Assembly: GCA_012295275.1 (NCBI GenBank)
Contig: CM022665.1
Location: 36,270,001-36,334,000 of the forward strand
Direction: 5' to 3'
DNA: 64,000 bases
Source of the DNA: Chrysomallon squamiferum
Lineage: Eukaryota; Animalia; Mollusca
Made by a program: the position numbers and the translations under genes. The notes under the pieces are model-generated. The model ran no database searches and had not been told where the DNA came from. It saw only the letters and a program-made list of their open reading frames with translations. Shown here one piece after another: positions 12,675-27,846 of the stretch (its first letter is position 1; the number at the start of each line of letters is the position of its first letter).

Positions 12675-15587
12675 TTAGCGACATATTAACACATTACAAA
12701 ATGTTTAAAATATTGGCGTTCATTATGTGCCATATATAATTAATTTCCTTTTTTGTTTGTTTATTGTTGTTGTATTCGTGGGTTTTTTTTTTTTTTTTTT
12801 GGGGGGGGGGGGGTTGTGTGTGTGTTATTTTATTTTTATTTTGCTATTGTTTTTTTTTTTATTTAATAAAAATCGTGACACATTCACATTTATTAATTCG
12901 AAGGGGTTAAAAAAAACTAAATGTAATTTTCATTCTATAAAGCAAATTAAGAACCATGATATCGTGTCGAAAGTACATTCTTCTTGAGACTTTTAATGAA
13001 GTACTTTCTGTGTGGAAAACCATTCTAACGTAATTAAATTTTACTTTATTAATCAATCTCTGTGACTTGTTATTTCATCGAGTTCGTAACTTTTTTGAGT
13101 AGCATACGACGAACAACCTTTAAATCTCTATTAACATTTTCATCACAATTTTAAGAGTGCTGATGCAAAATATTATAAACAGAGTGGTTTGGCTCCAATC
13201 ATATTAACTATTTGTAATGTTTTCAACGCCAGTTTCCGATTCACAGCAACGTATGTACAGCTGTTTTTATATGTTCTAAGATATATTTACATTATGGTGT
13301 TGCGATGGGGGGAGGGGTGTTGAGATGGGGGAGAGGTGTTTGTGGTAGTTAAGGGGATCTCCCATACTGCTGCCATCTGTTATTACACGACACAGGATAT
13401 GTACCTAAAAAATCAGAATCAGAATGTGTACGTGCGGGGTATCAAAACTATGATTTATGTAGTCTGTTATTTATCAATGTCAACTTTTTTTCTTTTTTTT
13501 TATTAACGCAGTATAGTTCACAGTAGAAATATATATATATGTATATACAGAGCAGTAGATTCTGATAAAGAAAGAAATACACAGAACAAGAAACATGTAT
13601 ATTCGTGTGTGTTGTGTGTGTGTGTGCGCGCGCGAACGAATAACATCCTGTAGATATTTAGCTAGACATATTAAATTGAATCTTTCACAAGCACTTTAAT
13701 CAAATATATATTTGTATGAATTCAGGATTCTTAGTCTAAATGCACTCAGCAAAAGTGTTGTGAAAACTCTGATGTATGTGTTATCTATCACAGTCAGTGT
13801 GTTGTTTTATAGTGTATGTTCTTTTCAAGGTTATCACGTCATCACGTATTACAGAACGTACTTAAGTGTGGCTGAACAAGTCATTAGTTTTGTATGTGAC
13901 TGAAATATGTATGACTTCTGAGTTTTGTAAAATGTAACGTTACTATATTGAATTCAGAACTTAAAGTACTCAGTGGTTATGTATCACGTACATCAAAAAC
14001 AGTAATAATAATAATTGTGATAGTAATATACACATGTATCTCCTAGCATCTTTCTTTGCGATTTTAAGTAAAGTTTAAATACATGTAACTGATAACTTTA
14101 AATTTGGATGCCTGTGTGTGGAGTACCTTAAGGTGAACATAATTTGCTTTCTCTAATTCTTTATTTTATTTGCCTCCAATTATCTCTAACAAGATAAATA
14201 ATTTTTGATTTCGTGTTTGTAAATATATATATATATATATTTTTATTTTTGTATCATGTTATGTCAAAACGAACTAAAATTCAGTTCCGTGCATTGTCTT
14301 GTTTGAGTTAAGTTGAGTTTTTAATTCACTTTGTCGCTTCGAAAACTAAAAATGATTTCGTACTAACATACTTTATTAGAAAAAGATAACTATGCTTTTT
14401 TATTATTTTTTATTTATTATTATTACTTTTTTCTTTATTGCTCTCTCTCACTTTTCAGTCTTGTTATTGTAATACGCCTTGATCTTTTATCTATCTTACA
14501 CATGATATTTATATTAAAATTTTTACATCATTATGATACAAAAAGATATGAAAAAAAAAACCCTCATCTATTTCACTTTTATCTTGTAATCATCCGCTTT
14601 TTGAAAACAAACTTCACTCTCTGTTACAGACAGAAAAAAACCCACAAAAATAAAATAAAATTTAAAAACTGGAATTGAAAACGTCTGAGTTGACTACAAA
14701 GACCCTGAATACATTATTTTGTCAGAGTACATCTTAACTCAAGATTACAGTCTTTGAAGTCTCGTGTTAATTTATATTTGTGGAGTGATCTTCAAATATC
14801 AAGTACCAGCAACAGTTTTCATTAAATGTAATCTCGTTGCATGTTTGTGAAGCATCTGTAACATATTGCAGCATTAAAATAACCCAACGTATTGGAGATG
14901 TATCAACCATTTCAGACAGTCAGTAAAATAACTGTCTTCGTAATTGTAACCTTCTGCCAAGTACAGTGGATATATTACACGATTCAGGAAACCCTGGAAA
15001 AAAATAATCGACATAGTAATTACGAGTGTCTTCTGAAATTAAATTTCAGTGGATACTGGATAGGTTTATCAAAACTGTGTTTTGGATAAGAGACGTCAAC
15101 CAGAAATCTTGAAAGATAGCAGGAAGCTGCTGTATATGATTGTTTTGTTTGTGTGCTTTTTGTTCTTATTATTGTTGCTATTTTCTTATAACAAATATTC
15201 AGATCTATAACACATATTCTCTGTATTTCTCAGCAAATAACACCATTTACCGAATTTCGTTTATCTTGTGGTGGGTTATGTCTTTTCTTCCATTTAACAT
15301 TTTGTTATCTTCATTTTAAGAGAACACTAAAAAAATAAAGAAAAAAGAAAAATTTGTTATACTGTTTTCTTTATGTAAACTGACAAAGGAACAGCTGTGT
15401 TTCAGGAGCCTGTCACAGTTGTGTTTTACTCAGATATATCTCTCTCCTCGTTCACTGGGTGGAGATTTTCGTCTGTTGCATTTCTTTACACAAAGTGAGC
15501 AAACACGAGAAACAATTTAACAAGACTTCTTAACTACACAGTCTTTAAGCATCGTTTATTCGACTCAGATTTATTGTTTTTCTTTTT

Positions 15588-15618
<31 letters not shown>

Positions 15619-16627
15619 TTATTATTATTATTATTATCAACATCATCATCATCATTATTAAATATAGCATAGGTTATTATATTTAATTTATATATCTATA
15701 GATAGATAGATAGATACGGATATATATGCAAACTGAATATCAAACTAAGCTAATACTACTAATAAGAGATATACATACATTCATACATACGTACGAACGT
15801 ACATACATATGTACACACACACACACTAATAACGTGCACACTTTAGTTACATACTCACTCAGACCCGGATACAGAACAGCATGTATTTAAAACTACTAAT
15901 TGGAGAATCATAAAATATGCCCAGGCGGGACTCAAGCAGATGAATGAGGCACACAGCATAAACCTCTATTTCAGCATCTCTCTGTCACAGTACAGAACAC
16001 TATAAAACAAAACAATTCTTGTCATTTGCCACATTCATACAGTTATGTACGTTTAATACCCTTAGACAAAAACAAAGCAACAAGCATGTAACAAAACGTA
16101 AACTGGCCTTGACATTAATCTTCCGTGATATCAGGTTCGGTTTACAGAAGGGAAGAGTTTGGTCGTAGAAAAGTACAGAAGAGAGGTGCTCACGCCAGAG
16201 ACACGCAGATGCCACTGCAGAATGACTAATGCTATCTTCTCTGTCTGACCTGCTTCAAGCGTAACCATATGGGAATGTCCGTGGACCAGTTTGTAAACTC
16301 ATCTTGCTGGCACAGTCTGCACTGGCATGCTGCACGTTGAGAACTAACCGCGTCTGTTATTGAGATAATGTTACGCTTTTTTCAGACGATATTGGCACTA
16401 CAACCTCGTTACACGTTGGACGCACTCCTGCTCTTTCCTGAAGCGTGCCACTTCCGGTGTCGGCGGCTTAATGTTTTGAACACAGAAACGTAAGCTGAAC
16501 ATGAATTCGTAAACAAAACAGTAGCATGAATTTTATTGCTACTCGCATCGATTGTCACTGCAATTACCCACTAAAAGCATTGCTCTGTATCCCTCTCTGT
16601 CTTCCGATAAGTCATTTGATCTTTCTC

Positions 16628-16630
<3 letters not shown>

Positions 16631-16720
<90 letters not shown>
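16631..16720. repeat. (GA)n microsatellite
   Basis: Directly visible. Confidence 0.97.
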
Positions 16721-16724
<4 letters not shown>

Positions 16725-17487
16725 CTGCTAGTTTGACTTTCATCAAAAATCCAGTTTCACTTTGATTACTAATTAATTTTCTATTAAAGTTAGGTCTAGA
16801 AGTTTACAAGAAGTTTACAATACAGTTTAGCTTTACCTCTCGTGTTACTGAAAAAAACAGCTGTGAAATTTAAAAATTTAGAGAACTGTAAATGAACAGA
16901 CATTAAATGACTGACTAAATGAATGAATGAACGAAAGAAATTATAAATAAAAAAAGGAGTGAATGAATGAACAAACGTATGAACTAAATGAAATGAGCAA
17001 ATGAAGAAAAAGAACAAACTAGCAAAATGAGCGACTGAAACAAGGAAGAAATAAATGGAAGAAGGGTTAACAGAAGTGTATTAATTAATGTGGCTCAGTA
17101 TTCATATAGGAACGTTCGTTTACTTGGTTCGAAATCGATGTAACTAAATCGTTTTAAATTCTGCAAGTATAAATTGACGCTTCCTTGCTAATGATTTTAC
17201 TCACTCTAGCTTGTAACAACATTCGTAATAAATGTAGTTGAAATAATAATTCTGTTATGTTATTCACATAAAAATAACATTTACCACTGAGTTTCGAATT
17301 CCAGATTACGTTGGAATTAACAAAGAAGTGTAGCAGAAGGAAAATTTTGGTACACGACTTGAATATCGTGATATGTGGTCCTCATTTAGCTAACAGTTTT
17401 TCCTTGACAACAAGTGAAAAAAATCGAGACAAAAACAGATTTTTCAAATAAGCCAGTCAAACGGATGGAAAATGTGTGTTTATTAAT

Positions 17488-17599
<112 letters not shown>

Positions 17600-17938
17600 A
17601 TGAATCTATATATTACACTATCTTTATATGTCTGCCTATTTGTCTATTTATCCATGTGCCTAAGCATCTCATATCTGCAACTTTCCTAAAATATTTCGAT
17701 TCATTTATTGAAATAATAATAATAATAATTTCCTATGAAAACCGCATCAACATATTTATGTACAGAGTATACATATAACAATGTGTTTGTTGTCCTAACG
17801 TCACAGATAGAGGTAACGGAATTGGCAGCCAGCAATGTGGAAATTATCAGTTTGACGTCATAACCATACACAGTGTTTGAAAGATATACCTTTCAGAACA
17901 TTTCTGCTAATCTTCCTTGATTAAGAAACAATTACATT

Positions 17939-18038
<100 letters not shown>

Positions 18039-18958
18039 AATATTCTCCTCGAAATGTCTACATATCTTTGCTAAACGTCTCAGTTACAGTTTATAGCTGG
18101 TGATAAAGAAAAGAAAAGAAAACTGTGTCGACAAACAAACACACACATTCCTCTTCCTTCTGCTGGAAATAACTCATCAACAAATACTCTGGAAGATCCA
18201 CTGTTTTCTGCACACAGATAAATAAACCAGTGCTGCATGTGCACAATAAATTATGTTCACACAAATCGTGAATGCAGTTTGTTATCTTGTTATCTGAACA
18301 CATGCTGGGAAAAAAATGGTTCTTCGTTTCAATGCCATATTTATACTCTTATATTAAAATGTTATAATCAATGGGCTATATTGTAGGCGAAATCGAAAGG
18401 ACAAAATAATGCAAGTAAGAATACTGCAAGGGGGGGGGGTAAATAATTAAAGAAAGAACAGAAGAAAATAAAAAAGCGAGAAGAAAAATAGGTGGCATAA
18501 AATGAAGAAAAAATGAAAGTAACAATGCAATAATAATTTGAGACATGACAGATGAATTAATTCTCCCTGGTTCATCCAGCTATTTCCCGTTCCAGGCTAT
18601 GCCGAATAACTTTTTTTTACCAATGTCGCATACACTTTCCTATCTTCTAAGATCCCTTAGCTATAACAGATTGAAGTGTCAACAGTTTTTCTGTTTCATT
18701 ATTATGCAAAACCAACCAACCAACCAAACAAACAAACAATAAATAAATAAATAAATAAATAAACAAACAAACAAACAAACACCTATTTAAAATATATGAG
18801 ATTCTATTAAGCATTCATCCATTTTATTATTCTACATATTCGATTTCACATTCGTTTCCGAAAATGATCTCCAGTTGATTATGAAACAACATTAGGATTT
18901 TTAAAAGATTATAAAAGAAGAGTAAGCCTATCCAGTAAATGTATGCTTGAACCTGAAA

Positions 18959-19065
<107 letters not shown>

Positions 19066-19483
19066 ATAAAAACTGACAAAAATAAAATGAACGGTCGCTT
19101 GCTAATGTTACGCAGATCTGCATCATGCCTGGAGCAGAACTAATACTGCCGATAATGATTTGTGAAAAGTCATTCCAGACATACAAACCCGATACTTTCG
19201 TAATCCCAGCTATGAGTTATTTAATGCACCCAGTGTGAGGAAATGTTTAGATTACTCTGCAATAATTACGTGTCTTCGCACAGACATTAAATAATGCTTT
19301 CACAGCGCCATTTCCACGAGTGAAACCAAATGTATCGTGACTCTTAGAGTTATTTGAAACTAAAAACATCATTACCTTAATTGTCCTAATGTAATCTATC
19401 TATCTAACTATTTATCTCTCTATCTATCTATCTGTGTATCTATCTATCTATCTATCTATCTATATGTCTATATATCTGTCTAT

Positions 19484-19515
<32 letters not shown>

Positions 19516-20006
19516 AGATATAGATGTCTCTGTTCCGTTTCTCTCTTTTTCCCTCCATTTATCTGTCAAATATATATTATTTCTCACATTCTCTTTCAAT
19601 TTATCTCTCTGTCTGTCCCTGTGTAAATATATCTATCTTTGCGTGTGTCTTCACTTTCTGTGTGTATTTCTATATATTTATTTCAGTCGTACATTGTGTC
19701 TCAGTGTCTTGTCTTCGTTTCATTTAGTTTTTAGTTTTGTGTGTGTGTCTTCCCTTGTCACCTATGTTTTACAAATCACTCAAGTCAAACACCTTTTCTT
19801 TTCTTTATTCCTAGACTATTTTTTATTTACAGGGAGATTGTATATAGGAGCTTTTTAAAATTTTAATCTACAGAAATTTAATGATAATAACGATGATGAC
19901 CTGTAAATAAATATTATAATAATAAATGATCACTACTAAAAGCCTGAAACACACAAACAGACAAACAAATGACTGAATAAATAAATAAATAAATAAATAA
20001 ATAGAC

Positions 20007-20037
<31 letters not shown>

Positions 20038-20399
20038 TAGATAGATAGATAGACAGAAAGATATCACATTACTACAGTCTGTATTTATATAACAAGCCAC
20101 ATTTTTCAAACTCTTTGTAAATCACCGTTATCAGGTTTATACATTATAATGTACGTCGGAATTCCCCGTACTCTTCACAAAACGCTTTTTGAAAGTATAT
20201 AACGCGTTGAACTGTACTTCGGGGATTTGGTCGTATCATAAAACCGTAAACATAAACATAACAGTGATGTAATGAAAATTGCAGGAAATTTCCGTTGTCA
20301 GCATGAAACATTAATTTTAATTTGGTATGCAGCGGTTTATACAAACTGTGAAATGTATTTTATAATACTGCACTATGCAGTTCAGCGTAGAATTAATAA

Positions 20400-20830
20400 A
20401 TGAATAAATTAATAGTTATTTAACGGCTCCTAAACATACATTAATATCAAAGATCATCATCAGATGATTATTTTGTTAACGTCTTCGTGTGAAACTGCAT
20501 GAGGTGAATATTTATATGAATTTAAGCGTAAGTGTCAGTGTGTGGGTGTGTTAATGCAAGTGTATGTGTGTGTTTGTTTCTATATTTGTCAAAGTGTGCT
20601 AGTCTGTACGTATGTCTCTGCGCGTGTCTGGTTGTGTAATAACATAAAAGAGGCTTTTTTCTCACTGATTAATAACAAAACAACTTCTTTTCAGGCCTTC
20701 TCGTAGTTATGAAAACAAATACTTCAGTTTTTTATAAATCATTCGTTTAGCAGTTACTAGAACGGGAAATAGCCCAATGGGCAAAACTACCCTGTCTGAA
20801 ACAAGCACTTCGTGTACTGATGCTACAAAT
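20400..20830 (-). mobile_element. Degenerate SINE copy
   Basis: tatttaacggc...gaacgggaaatagcccaatgggc...ctgatgctaca, blocks shared with the 7007 and 24957 copies. Confidence 0.45.
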
Positions 20831-21354
20831 TTAGTGTAGAGTTACAGTTAGACTCGTAAGTGGGGTGGAGTAGGGAAAAATCAAATTCGCGTTATTGTTT
20901 TCGCTTATTTCATTTTACCTTTCCAGTTACATTCAGAGAAAGCAGACGCCAATGATAAGAAAAGTGATGTTTCATGTTTTGGCTGCCAGTTCTGGATAAG
21001 CTTGTAAGAATATATGAGCTGACTATTTCCAGGGGAAAGAAAATGAGTTTTTGTTATTGCTTCATATTAAAAAAAAGAAAAAAGAAAAAAAAAACAGACA
21101 CTTGGCCTACACACACACGAACACGTTAATATAATTATTTTCCCCATGAATAAATCTCTTAGGAAATGTTGTTGTTTTTTTCGGTGTTAATAAAATACGT
21201 GCAATATCTAAGTAGAACCGCGATTTTGTCTTGTTTTTTTTTTTTTTTTGTCTCTCTGACTTTCTTAACGCCTTTTTGTTTGTCAGTAAATCAGTCAGTC
21301 TGTTGTAAGTGTGGATATCTGTCTTTTATCGATTTTCAGTAAAAAAGTAGCATT

Positions 21355-21501
<147 letters not shown>

Positions 21502-23005
21502 GGGGATAAATAAGATAGACGAATACAAATATAAAGACAGATAGATAGAGACAGATTAATAGAAATTATAATCGTTCCAAATTATTTGTTTAGAATACAA
21601 GAACAAAAAATAATAATAATAAAGTAAATCACACCCAAAATCTCATTTGTGTTGTAAGTAAGGAACGAAATAACACATTTAAACTAGTAACTACAAAATT
21701 CTCGTTCAAACAAATTCAGGTTAGTTCACCTGAGGGCTCGGGAAGCTTGCAGTGTTTTCACTTTATTTTGTAAGTTAATCAGGTCAACATCACTGTCTAT
21801 TCCGCCAGTCACTTTGGCCTAGATTCTCTTTAAAACAGGTTATGTTAATTACGGTAAAACGTATGGCAGCATAATGCTGATTTTCTGTTCTTGCGAAACA
21901 AATCATCAAAGGAACGTCAATAACAAACAAACGTAAACAGATCAGTTGTTTCAAATAAGAAAAAAGAAAATGGAAGGAAATAAAGAAAGAAAGAAAGAAA
22001 ATAGAAAGGAAAGTAAAATAGACATTAAGAGCGAACGAGAAAGAAAGAGAGAGAGGGAAAATAAGGGTGAACAATATAGGTCTAACGTCAGTGAATTTTT
22101 AAAAATAGGCTCTAAGTAAGGTAAATCTTGCTAAAAGTCTTGACATACTGTATATTACTTTAACCTAGGAACAGCCGCGTCTGCCACACTCTGTGAGCTT
22201 TATTACGGTAATTATAATTGGAAAAACGGTTTTTGATAGACATAACATATTTAATACAGAAACACAGTCGGTTACGTTTCCTGCTAAGGGAGGTAATCCT
22301 GTAAAGTTAAGTAGGGATAATCCTGCAATGGAACCTCTTCCTGAAACGTTATTTATCTTCCATTTAGACGTTGTAGGTAAATATATATAAACAGCCAAAG
22401 ACCCCTGGTTTCCCTGGAGTCATTTTCTCGATACTGCATTTTTTTTCTTCATGCATTAATATTATAACTAAATGTAACACAATCTAAAATACATATATAT
22501 ATATTTATTTTTTTTACTTACATTACAGAAAGTCGAATCATCAGCAGTTTGTCATCTTTTTAAGAAAAATCTTTAATAATATTTCAGACAGGTTAATAAA
22601 AGATTCTAGTGAAATGGTTAGTTTTACTTTATCTGATCACCATGGTGGGAAAAAAAAAAAAAAAAAAAGCTAATTAAGAAATATAATAAGTTTTCACAAA
22701 ATTGCCACTTACGACTTTTAACAAAATGACAATATGCATAGTTTCTCTTTCTATTTGTTTTGGTTTGTTTGACTGACTGATTGATTCCTTTGTTTTAACT
22801 TTTTAATTTTTTTTTTTATTGTTTGTTTCAAAGAGTAATAATTAAAAATAAATGTTTGAAAGTTCTGCTTACGTTAATCATTGTAGAAAAATCACGTATA
22901 AACTGAAAGGCAACAATAACAACAACAACAGTAGTAACAATAATATCAATATAAATAATAAATAAATAAACAAATAAATAACCAAACAAATAAATAAAAA
23001 CTTAC

Positions 23006-23204
23006 CGAGTCCAGGAATGATGATGTTAAGAACGCAACAGAATATGGCTACGGGTAGGGGCATGCACGGAATAGCATTGTAGAGAGGTCCATGTTTTTCA
23101 ACAATTTCGATAATTTCAGCTCTTTCCTCACTAATGTGAACATTCTTTTTGTGGTTGTGCTGCCCTGTCAACGAGGTCTTTACGTCATCGCGAGCTGTCG
23201 CCAT
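23006..23204 (-). CDS. stum: Protein stum homolog (SPEC3/Stum family), first coding exon; remaining exons not found in the window
   Basis: Translates MATARDDVKT...EIIEIVEKHGPLYNAIPCMPLPVAIFCCVLNIIIPGL(G), which matches the Stum/SPEC3 pattern '[32 protein letters not shown]'. It ends in a phase-1 donor G|GTAAGT at 23005. I found no GT..GWIWSI-type exon in 1-23000. Confidence 0.88.
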
Positions 23205-23359
23205 AGCGTTCTCTTATTATTATTTATTTATTTTGTTTTAATAATCTCCAAGAAAACTCCACAAAAACAAAAACAAAACAAAACAAAATTTAAAAAAAAA
23301 AGCTGAGAAAACTCCTGCTAAGTGATCTCCAGAATTTTCCTATTCCATATCCAATATCT

Positions 23360-23780
23360 GTTGCTTGCGGTTACCGCCTGTTTATTTCCGCGAGTTCCAA
23401 CCTAACACTGAAATAACTTCCCTCGTAACCTGCGCGTCGTGACTTCGGCAGACTGCACCTGCACGCTCTTTCAGAAGCCGCGAGTGCGTATAGCTGTATA
23501 ATATTGGTAAACAGCGCTTTTTCTAGCCGAGGCAAACCAAAGCTTAACTACTACTATTACTACCAACGCTGCGAGATGGAATTCCTCGGTGCCATCCGTT
23601 TGAGGAGGACGAGAAATCGAGATTTTGTCGAGAAGAAGTGAAGCGGCTTTTTGCAGTCGGATCGCAGAGAATGCAAATGCTTTGGCGACGTTTACACACA
23701 GAATGTTAATTGATTTATCACCGTTGTAGCGACGATCATGAAACGTGTGCGTAAAACTCGCTGTTTTTGTTTTTTGTTAA
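23360..23780 (-). promoter_or_regulatory. CpG-rich putative promoter / 5' UTR of stum
   Basis: Locally dense in CpG and GC immediately upstream of the ATG; CCAAT followed by TATTATA on the minus strand near 23497-23507. Confidence 0.5.
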
Positions 23781-24519
23781 CCGTTTTTGGTTTATTACAA
23801 GTTACTTTGTAGATACTGTTTCACTCGGGTTCAGATTTCGGGGTGGTTGGTGTAATGTTTGTTTTTCAATATTAAATTAACGTTAATAGAATAAGCGCAC
23901 ACATGAATTTGATATACATTTTATAATTATTCTCTCATTTGTTCGTTACAATTTTCTATCTGTTTTCACTTTCTCTCATTCTTTTTCTTTTTTTTCTTTC
24001 TTTTTTTTTTCTTTGATTTTCTTAGTTCCGTTTCCTTAAATCTCTTTGAAGCCTTCTAAATTTTTTTTTTTTTTTTTTTAATTAAATAAATAGTTCTTAT
24101 GTCATCATCACCATCATCATTTATTATTATTATCATTATTATTATTATTATTATTATTACATACATGAGGTCAAAATATTGTTGTATATATTACCCAGAA
24201 TGTGTAACAGTCAGTTACTAAAGACTATCTGTTTTACCAAGACTCCATCAGGCATACTTGAATAATTCTGTGCCTGAAATATGCCAGAATCTTAAGTTAC
24301 CCACACAACACTGGAGATGAGTTTAATTCTGTTTATCATTATCGTGATGACCTTGCCTGGAGTTGTGCCGATGCATGAACCAATTATATGCATATAAATA
24401 TTTTAATTAACAGTAGCTGTATTTTTTGTGTAAATAAATTTCATAAGTTTCTAAATATTCATATAGTCTCTTTATATTAAACAATACTCATTTATTAGAT
24501 ATTAATAAATGAATATAAC

Positions 24520-24528
<9 letters not shown>

Positions 24529-24593
<65 letters not shown>
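24529..24593. repeat. (GA)n microsatellite
   Basis: Directly visible. Confidence 0.95.
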
Positions 24594-24596
<3 letters not shown>

Positions 24597-24956
24597 TCGA
24601 ATACAAGTTCTATAGGCTTTAAAAAACAAATAAAACATTTTTTTTTAAAACGGGAAAGGAAAGAAATAAAAAGTAATCCACTTAAAACCTTGAAATGAGA
24701 GATACACCATTATCTCCAGTTTGATTTCAAGCTCACAAAACGCTAGCAGAAATGATGTTTCGCTCGACTGATGCATTCACCGAGCTATGCCGTGAAGATA
24801 ACATTCGTGTCACAGCATTTAACTTCACATTAAAACTATATAAGCATTATTTCATTTTATTTTATTACTGAAATTTTATTTATTTATTTTTGTTGTTTTT
24901 TTGGGGGGTGGGGCTGACACAGCTTTTTAAAAATCTTTATTACGAAAATGAATTAG

Positions 24957-25097
24957 AAACGAACAAAATGTTTTATTTAATGACAATAAATAAATAAATT
25001 AATAATTTAATTAATTAACAAAAATAAAATGAATCTAGGTTATAAGATGTCGAATGTATGTATATGTGTGTGCATATATATATATTATATTATTATG

Positions 25098-25147
<50 letters not shown>

Positions 25148-25375
25148 GATTATGATTCTCGAGTACGGCACAGACAATGAAAGAGGAAACTTGCTGCACA
25201 GATCTACTCTTTTTGAGAGTAGCGACAAGGAAACCATAAAACTCGGCCTTTAAAAACGTATGTTTTTCCACTGGCTAGTGTGGGAAATAGCCAGGTAGAG
25301 GCACCAAACAGAACAGATCTTGCAAACAATCACATCTCAGGCCTACACTATGCGTATCTCTGAGCCTCAGCCTTG
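24957..25375 (-). mobile_element. Degenerate SINE copy of the 7007 family, interrupted by an ATT microsatellite
   Basis: aaaatgttttatttaatgac..cagacaatgaaagaggaaacttgctgc..ctactctttt..ggcctt..ctggctagtgtgggaaatagcc. Confidence 0.55.
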
Positions 25376-26289
25376 GCCATGAAACATGCAGACGTGACCA
25401 TATTACAGCTGCATGGTTTTTCAGACTGTCATTTGGTTATGTGCATGTTACTGAGTTAGTGACTGCACTTGCTCTTTAATTATTTATGTTACCACAAATT
25501 GCATGTACGATTTGTAAGAGGGAATTTCGCACGGATTCTTTGACCTTCAGATTCTCGATTCTGGGTTCAATGATCGTCCAGAGTAATTTGTGAAATTAGT
25601 TATCTTTATTAAATAACAAAGCAAATTATTACACCACGTAAACTCTTTACTACGTAGTCTTTTTCGAAACTTTTTTTTTTTTTTAAGCTAGTTTTAAAAT
25701 AATTTTACGAAATACGTAAGTTAGGTTTCAAAGAAGATAATTAAATTATAACGCGTTCATTTAATACTGGTAGTCATCACAACACGCAGATACAAGCAAC
25801 TGTTAAAACAGTATGGACTTAATGGATATTGAACTGCAGCGGAACTAATAGCTATAACATATGGATTATGAACGTGGATTAATGATTTAGTGTCGACTCA
25901 TGAACTGTTGTACCCACATTCTTCGGCATTGAGCGCAGGGTACCGGGAAGCTAAACGCTAATTATCAGTGTGGCAGCACGCCGCCAAACTGTAGTGCCAC
26001 TTAATGAAGGAAACTAAAATTCTTCTTAACAAGATAATTATTTCTAGTAATTGCCTCCATGGATTGCCTGGATTTCAATTACGCTTGCTTATAGCTACGT
26101 ACTTTAAATACAAATCGAACTCTCTTAACTACATCTTTTCAGTAATTAATTAAAATTCCGCATTGTAGAAAAGGTGGGACCAGTCATGATGTTAAAACAT
26201 TAATTACTCGTCTTAGCTAGAAAAAGAAGAAAAATACGATGATTAAATGAAGAAAGTCAAGACGAAATGGAAAATGTTTCTTTTTACTT

Positions 26290-26322
<33 letters not shown>

Positions 26323-27748
26323 CCACTGTTACTGCGGTAAAAAAGAAAGTCTAAATCAGAGATTATTTTAGTAATAGTAACGCCGTAGTCAGCTGACGAC
26401 AAAGGATCGCGGAGTTATGTCCCTTAGCATGATCTGGTCCAGTATTTCCAGTAATTCACATTCCAGCAAATTATATTTTGTGATTTGTGGAATCAAATTC
26501 GTTCAAATATTGGGTGCTCAGTTACATGCTGGTGGTAAAAATAGGACACAAATAATAAATTTTACCTGGTTGCAGCTCGTGGCCAGTGAATAGTTACGAC
26601 TGCCCAAATTGTGGAAAAAGAGTAATATAAACTGACTTACTGCTACAGCTCGGGCTTTAGTTTCCAATCAAAATTATGCAAGAAATAACAGTCACCTCGA
26701 GTATAAAAAGGTGTTACAGGTTTCTTTTAAAATGTCATTATACGTGACCAGAATAATGTAAATGCAGTACAAAACATTTCTAGACTAGCTTATTTTTTTT
26801 CTGAACAGGAGTTTCACAATCCAAAAATGGTGCTAATATAATCTCAGATTTTGATATTAATTTTTAAAAACTGAAAACATCATGTGGAAATCAATCAGGA
26901 GACACTGCAGATATCTGTCTAGTTTCAAACAGAACCAAAACGAAGAAATATGAATGTGTTAAAACTTTATTGTCCAGGCAAAATGATTTTAAATGGCTTT
27001 AAAATACAATTTTTCATCTCCCTGAAACGTCATGGGACCACTTGTAGTGTTTCGTATTAGGATAACTGCAGGCTGTTGTTAACTGTTACTCAAATCTTCA
27101 ATTTTCACAAGTCTGCTGATAAAGAACGTTCATCAGTTTGGATTTGGTCTCAGAAAAGACTGAAACAGAAAAAAGATGAAAAATGTAAATTATTTTTGTA
27201 TTTTTTTGTACTTGAGATGGAACAAAATAGTATTAATTGTAACACACTTATTATAAACGCAACCTTTTGCTAAAAAATAAAAAAAATACTAACATGCAGA
27301 CTATGCTGAGTTTTGCTGTGATATAGTCATATTTTATTATTAGCTAAGATTTGTGTTACAGTTAATTAAGTTTTATTTCAAATTATGTAAAAATGTATCT
27401 TCTAAAATAGTATAATAATAATATAACCCCGCACATTTAACAAAAACCTGAAATAAGAATTTAAAACTTATCTCCTCCTCCAAAAAGAAAAAGAAATAAT
27501 AATAAAACAATGAAATAAGGTTCTAGTATGCTTAATTCTTCTGTTTTCTTCTTGTTTTAATTTATTTTCTAATAAGAAATTTAGTTACTGTCTGAAAACA
27601 TGTACAAACATAATTTATTATGCAGTTACTGCCTAAATGATGACAAGTTTATTATTATTACTTTGCTGTTGATGTTCAAATCCAGTCCAAATGTTCATGA
27701 TGTTCTTCTGTAAATGATCTCAAGAAGCTGGCAACTGCCACAGAGAGA

Positions 27749-27812
27749 TTAGCCACATCTGAAAGGTCAAAACATTATTTTAATTAATAAAGAAAAAGAA
27801 ATACAATAGCCT

Positions 27813-27846
<34 letters not shown>

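Noticed and set aside
13330-13404. Possible stum exon 2 (ttttttag|GTACA.., phase-compatible G-T start)
   Set aside because: It translates GTYPVSCNNRWQQYGRSP*, lacking the hydrophobic Stum helices and the GW..SI.WG motif.
16000-16460. Possible Tc1 relic on the minus strand (WREHLSSVLFYDQT, similar to W..VLFSDES)
   Set aside because: Only one weak motif, with no further DDE motifs or terminal repeats recognisable.
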